From positions 30,380,001 to 30,444,000 of the forward strand of contig OX442314.1 in the NCBI GenBank assembly GCA_949358305.1: 64,000 nucleotides of DNA, written 5' to 3'. The notes under the pieces are model-generated. The model searched no databases. It worked only from the letters and a program-made list of their open reading frames with translations, and was not told where the DNA came from. Positions 61,712-64,000 of this stretch are shown one piece after another. The DNA comes from Strigamia acuminata. Its lineage: Eukaryota. The number at the start of each line of letters is the position of its first letter. Within the stretch, counting starts at the first letter, position 1. A program made the translations under genes and the position numbers.

Positions 61712-64000
61712 ATGGATGTTGACATTATTTTTACTTATTTCTTTAATTATTACCAATACTGGCTGTCGCTTGGTGCCATTGGATTAATGTCTTTGTGGTA
61801 TTTGTAAGTACACAGAAACAAGCTTCTAGTTTTATGATGAAATTTTTTCATTTCTTACTTGTCATTTTTGTTATCGAAGGGAAGCAAACACTCATTATTA
61901 ATGACATAAGTTAATGAGTCATTAACTTATGTTATTTCATTGAAAAATTATATGATTGAATAGAATTTTGTTAAGATATTTTATTCCAAATATATTTTGT
62001 ATAAGGAAAATAATTAAAAATTTGAAGAGGGAAAGAAAATCCGCTTCAAATCGAAGGTTATTGTTAGTTTTAGCAATGTAATATGTCTCTATTTTTGTCT
62101 CACTTATGGTAATCTAGATATTATCTTTAAGTACAAGGTATAGAATCGTCACAACCTGTCTCTGGTTGACGCGCTTGTTATCATTACATTTGCTGAGATA
62201 ACATTATGTTTTATATTGATATATTAGTTCATTGCATTGTGACTGTGAATTCAGCTTGAGTAACCTGAAACTAACGTTGCACAGGATAAAAAATGGAGAT
62301 TCTCAGTTACTTTTTTGAGTATTATCAATTTTTGATAGGCTCTTTCATTGGATTGATAGTTTTATGGTACATGTGAGTATTTTTTTTTTGTTTTTGTACA
62401 TTTTTATAAATGGATTTTAATACACATTTTGGTATCATCAATTCATATTTTTTTATTATATCTTACTTTTTTTTTAAATTATTGTAAAAGGAAATATTAA
62501 ATGATTGTAATTTTGTATTTCACGTGATTTCTGTTTATCGTTCTTCCTGTCACATTTTTATCTTGACAAGCCATCAGTGAATCAAAGACTGAGTGAATGT
62601 GAATGTGAATGTGAATGTGAATTGGGATACAATGTTCGACTCATAAACTAGAATCCAAAGTAGAAAATTAAAAATGAGAAACAGCTATAGTAAATAAATG
62701 AACAAATATATTTCAGATTTAAATAAGAAAACATATAATTTCATGTTTAAAAATTTTTTATCATCAATTTATCTCACTTTAACAGATACTTTACATGGGA
62801 TTTTGATTATTGGAAAAGGCAAGGTGTACTTGGTGAAAAACCTCGCCTATTTATTGGAACATTTAAACCGACATGGATATATGTGAGTCTTTAAACTATT
62901 TTTTAATATTCAAATTGCATATTTATTAATTATGCTCGTATAAACTCAAAGTTTGACTGCAAAAGTCATTTTTTTTCACCTTACAATTGAATTATCTAAT
63001 ATTCGGATTTGTTATATTAATTTTTAGCCTATGCAAGATCAAGATATGGAAGCAATGAAAAAATTTGGCCTAGTGCATGGGTAATACTCAATATAGAAAT
63101 ATGATAAATAGCTATAAATAGTAAAAAATTTGTATTTCAGAGGATTTGTTGGTGCTGCACCCTGTTTGACTGTATCTGACCCTGAGCTAGTGAGACAAGT
63201 ACTGGTCAAAGATTTTGCTGCATTTCCAAATAGAAGAAGTTTTGGAAGGATGAACAAAGATAAAATCATGGGAAATATGATGTCGGTACTGCAAGATGAC
63301 AAGTGGAAAATGGTACGGAACACGCTTACTCCAACATACACATCAGGGAAACTGAAGCAGGTGATTTATACGAATGCTATTGAAGAGGATAAAGAATATT
63401 AATTTCTTAATTAATGCAGATGGTTGGTTTGATAGAAGAATGTTCGCAAAATTTAACGACCTCTTTAAAAACTTCGGCTGAAAATGGAGAACCAATTGAG
63501 TTTGCCAAGTATGTATAATACTATATTTAAATACACAGACTAAATTATTTATTTTATATTTTTTAGGAAATTTCCTTTGTTGACTTTAGATATAATTTCA
63601 AGTGTCGCATTTGGGATGAAAATCAATTGCATTGACAACCCTGATTCGGAATTTGTGGTTAACGCACAAAAAGCTTTCCGCAGCAATGTTAAAGCTTTCT
63701 ATTTTGTATGTAAGTATTTATTCATAACGATTTGTTACAATAAGTTCTTGAACAAACTGCATTTATTAATGTATTTTTCTAAATATTTGCAGTTATTTTT
63801 TCTTTTATATTTAAATTTCTTCCAAATCTTATAACTAATCCATTCAAATACTTCGCCACAATTGCAAACCAATCAATTGACATGAGACTGAAAAATAAAC
63901 ATGTAAGAAACAAAATGGCCATTTAAATTTATACATTAACTAGAAATTGAATTATTTTAATTAGTTTGCAAGAAAAGACTTTCTTCAAATCATGTTAGAA
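61712..64000 (+). CDS. Cytochrome P450, CYP3 clan, copy 4 (runs off the window), with two candidate first exons
   Basis: Exons 1-8 homologous to copies 1-3; a second anchor exon at 62293-62372. Confidence 0.88.

Overview
AT-rich eukaryotic DNA, probably from an arthropod or other invertebrate, with host introns of about 55-80 nt. Bases 1-22.8 kb hold two large, related Ty3/Gypsy LTR retrotransposons. Element A appears nested in the leader of element B. Each has gag, a -1 frameshift signal, pol (PR-RT-RH-IN) and a large extra sense ORF after pol that is not env-like, is preceded by a splice acceptor and looks nuclear. Element A pol is split by a TTAA (piggyBac-type) MITE whose precise excision restores the frame. 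Element B carries three conserved bulged hairpins between pol and the extra ORF. The rest of the window contains a minus-strand host gene of about 1250 aa with an MGxxxS start, four tandem CYP3-clan cytochrome P450 genes (three complete with 13 exons, the fourth cut by the window edge), an intracellular serpin with predicted P1 Asp and a self-templated 3' insertion, and an intron-containing tRNA-Tyr with an inverted partial copy. There are also many MITEs, LINE, copia and gypsy relics, and a G-rich minisatellite. The best novelty candidate is the spliced, non-env nuclear accessory ORF module shared in architecture by both Gypsy elements. All calls were made by eye; no database searches were run.
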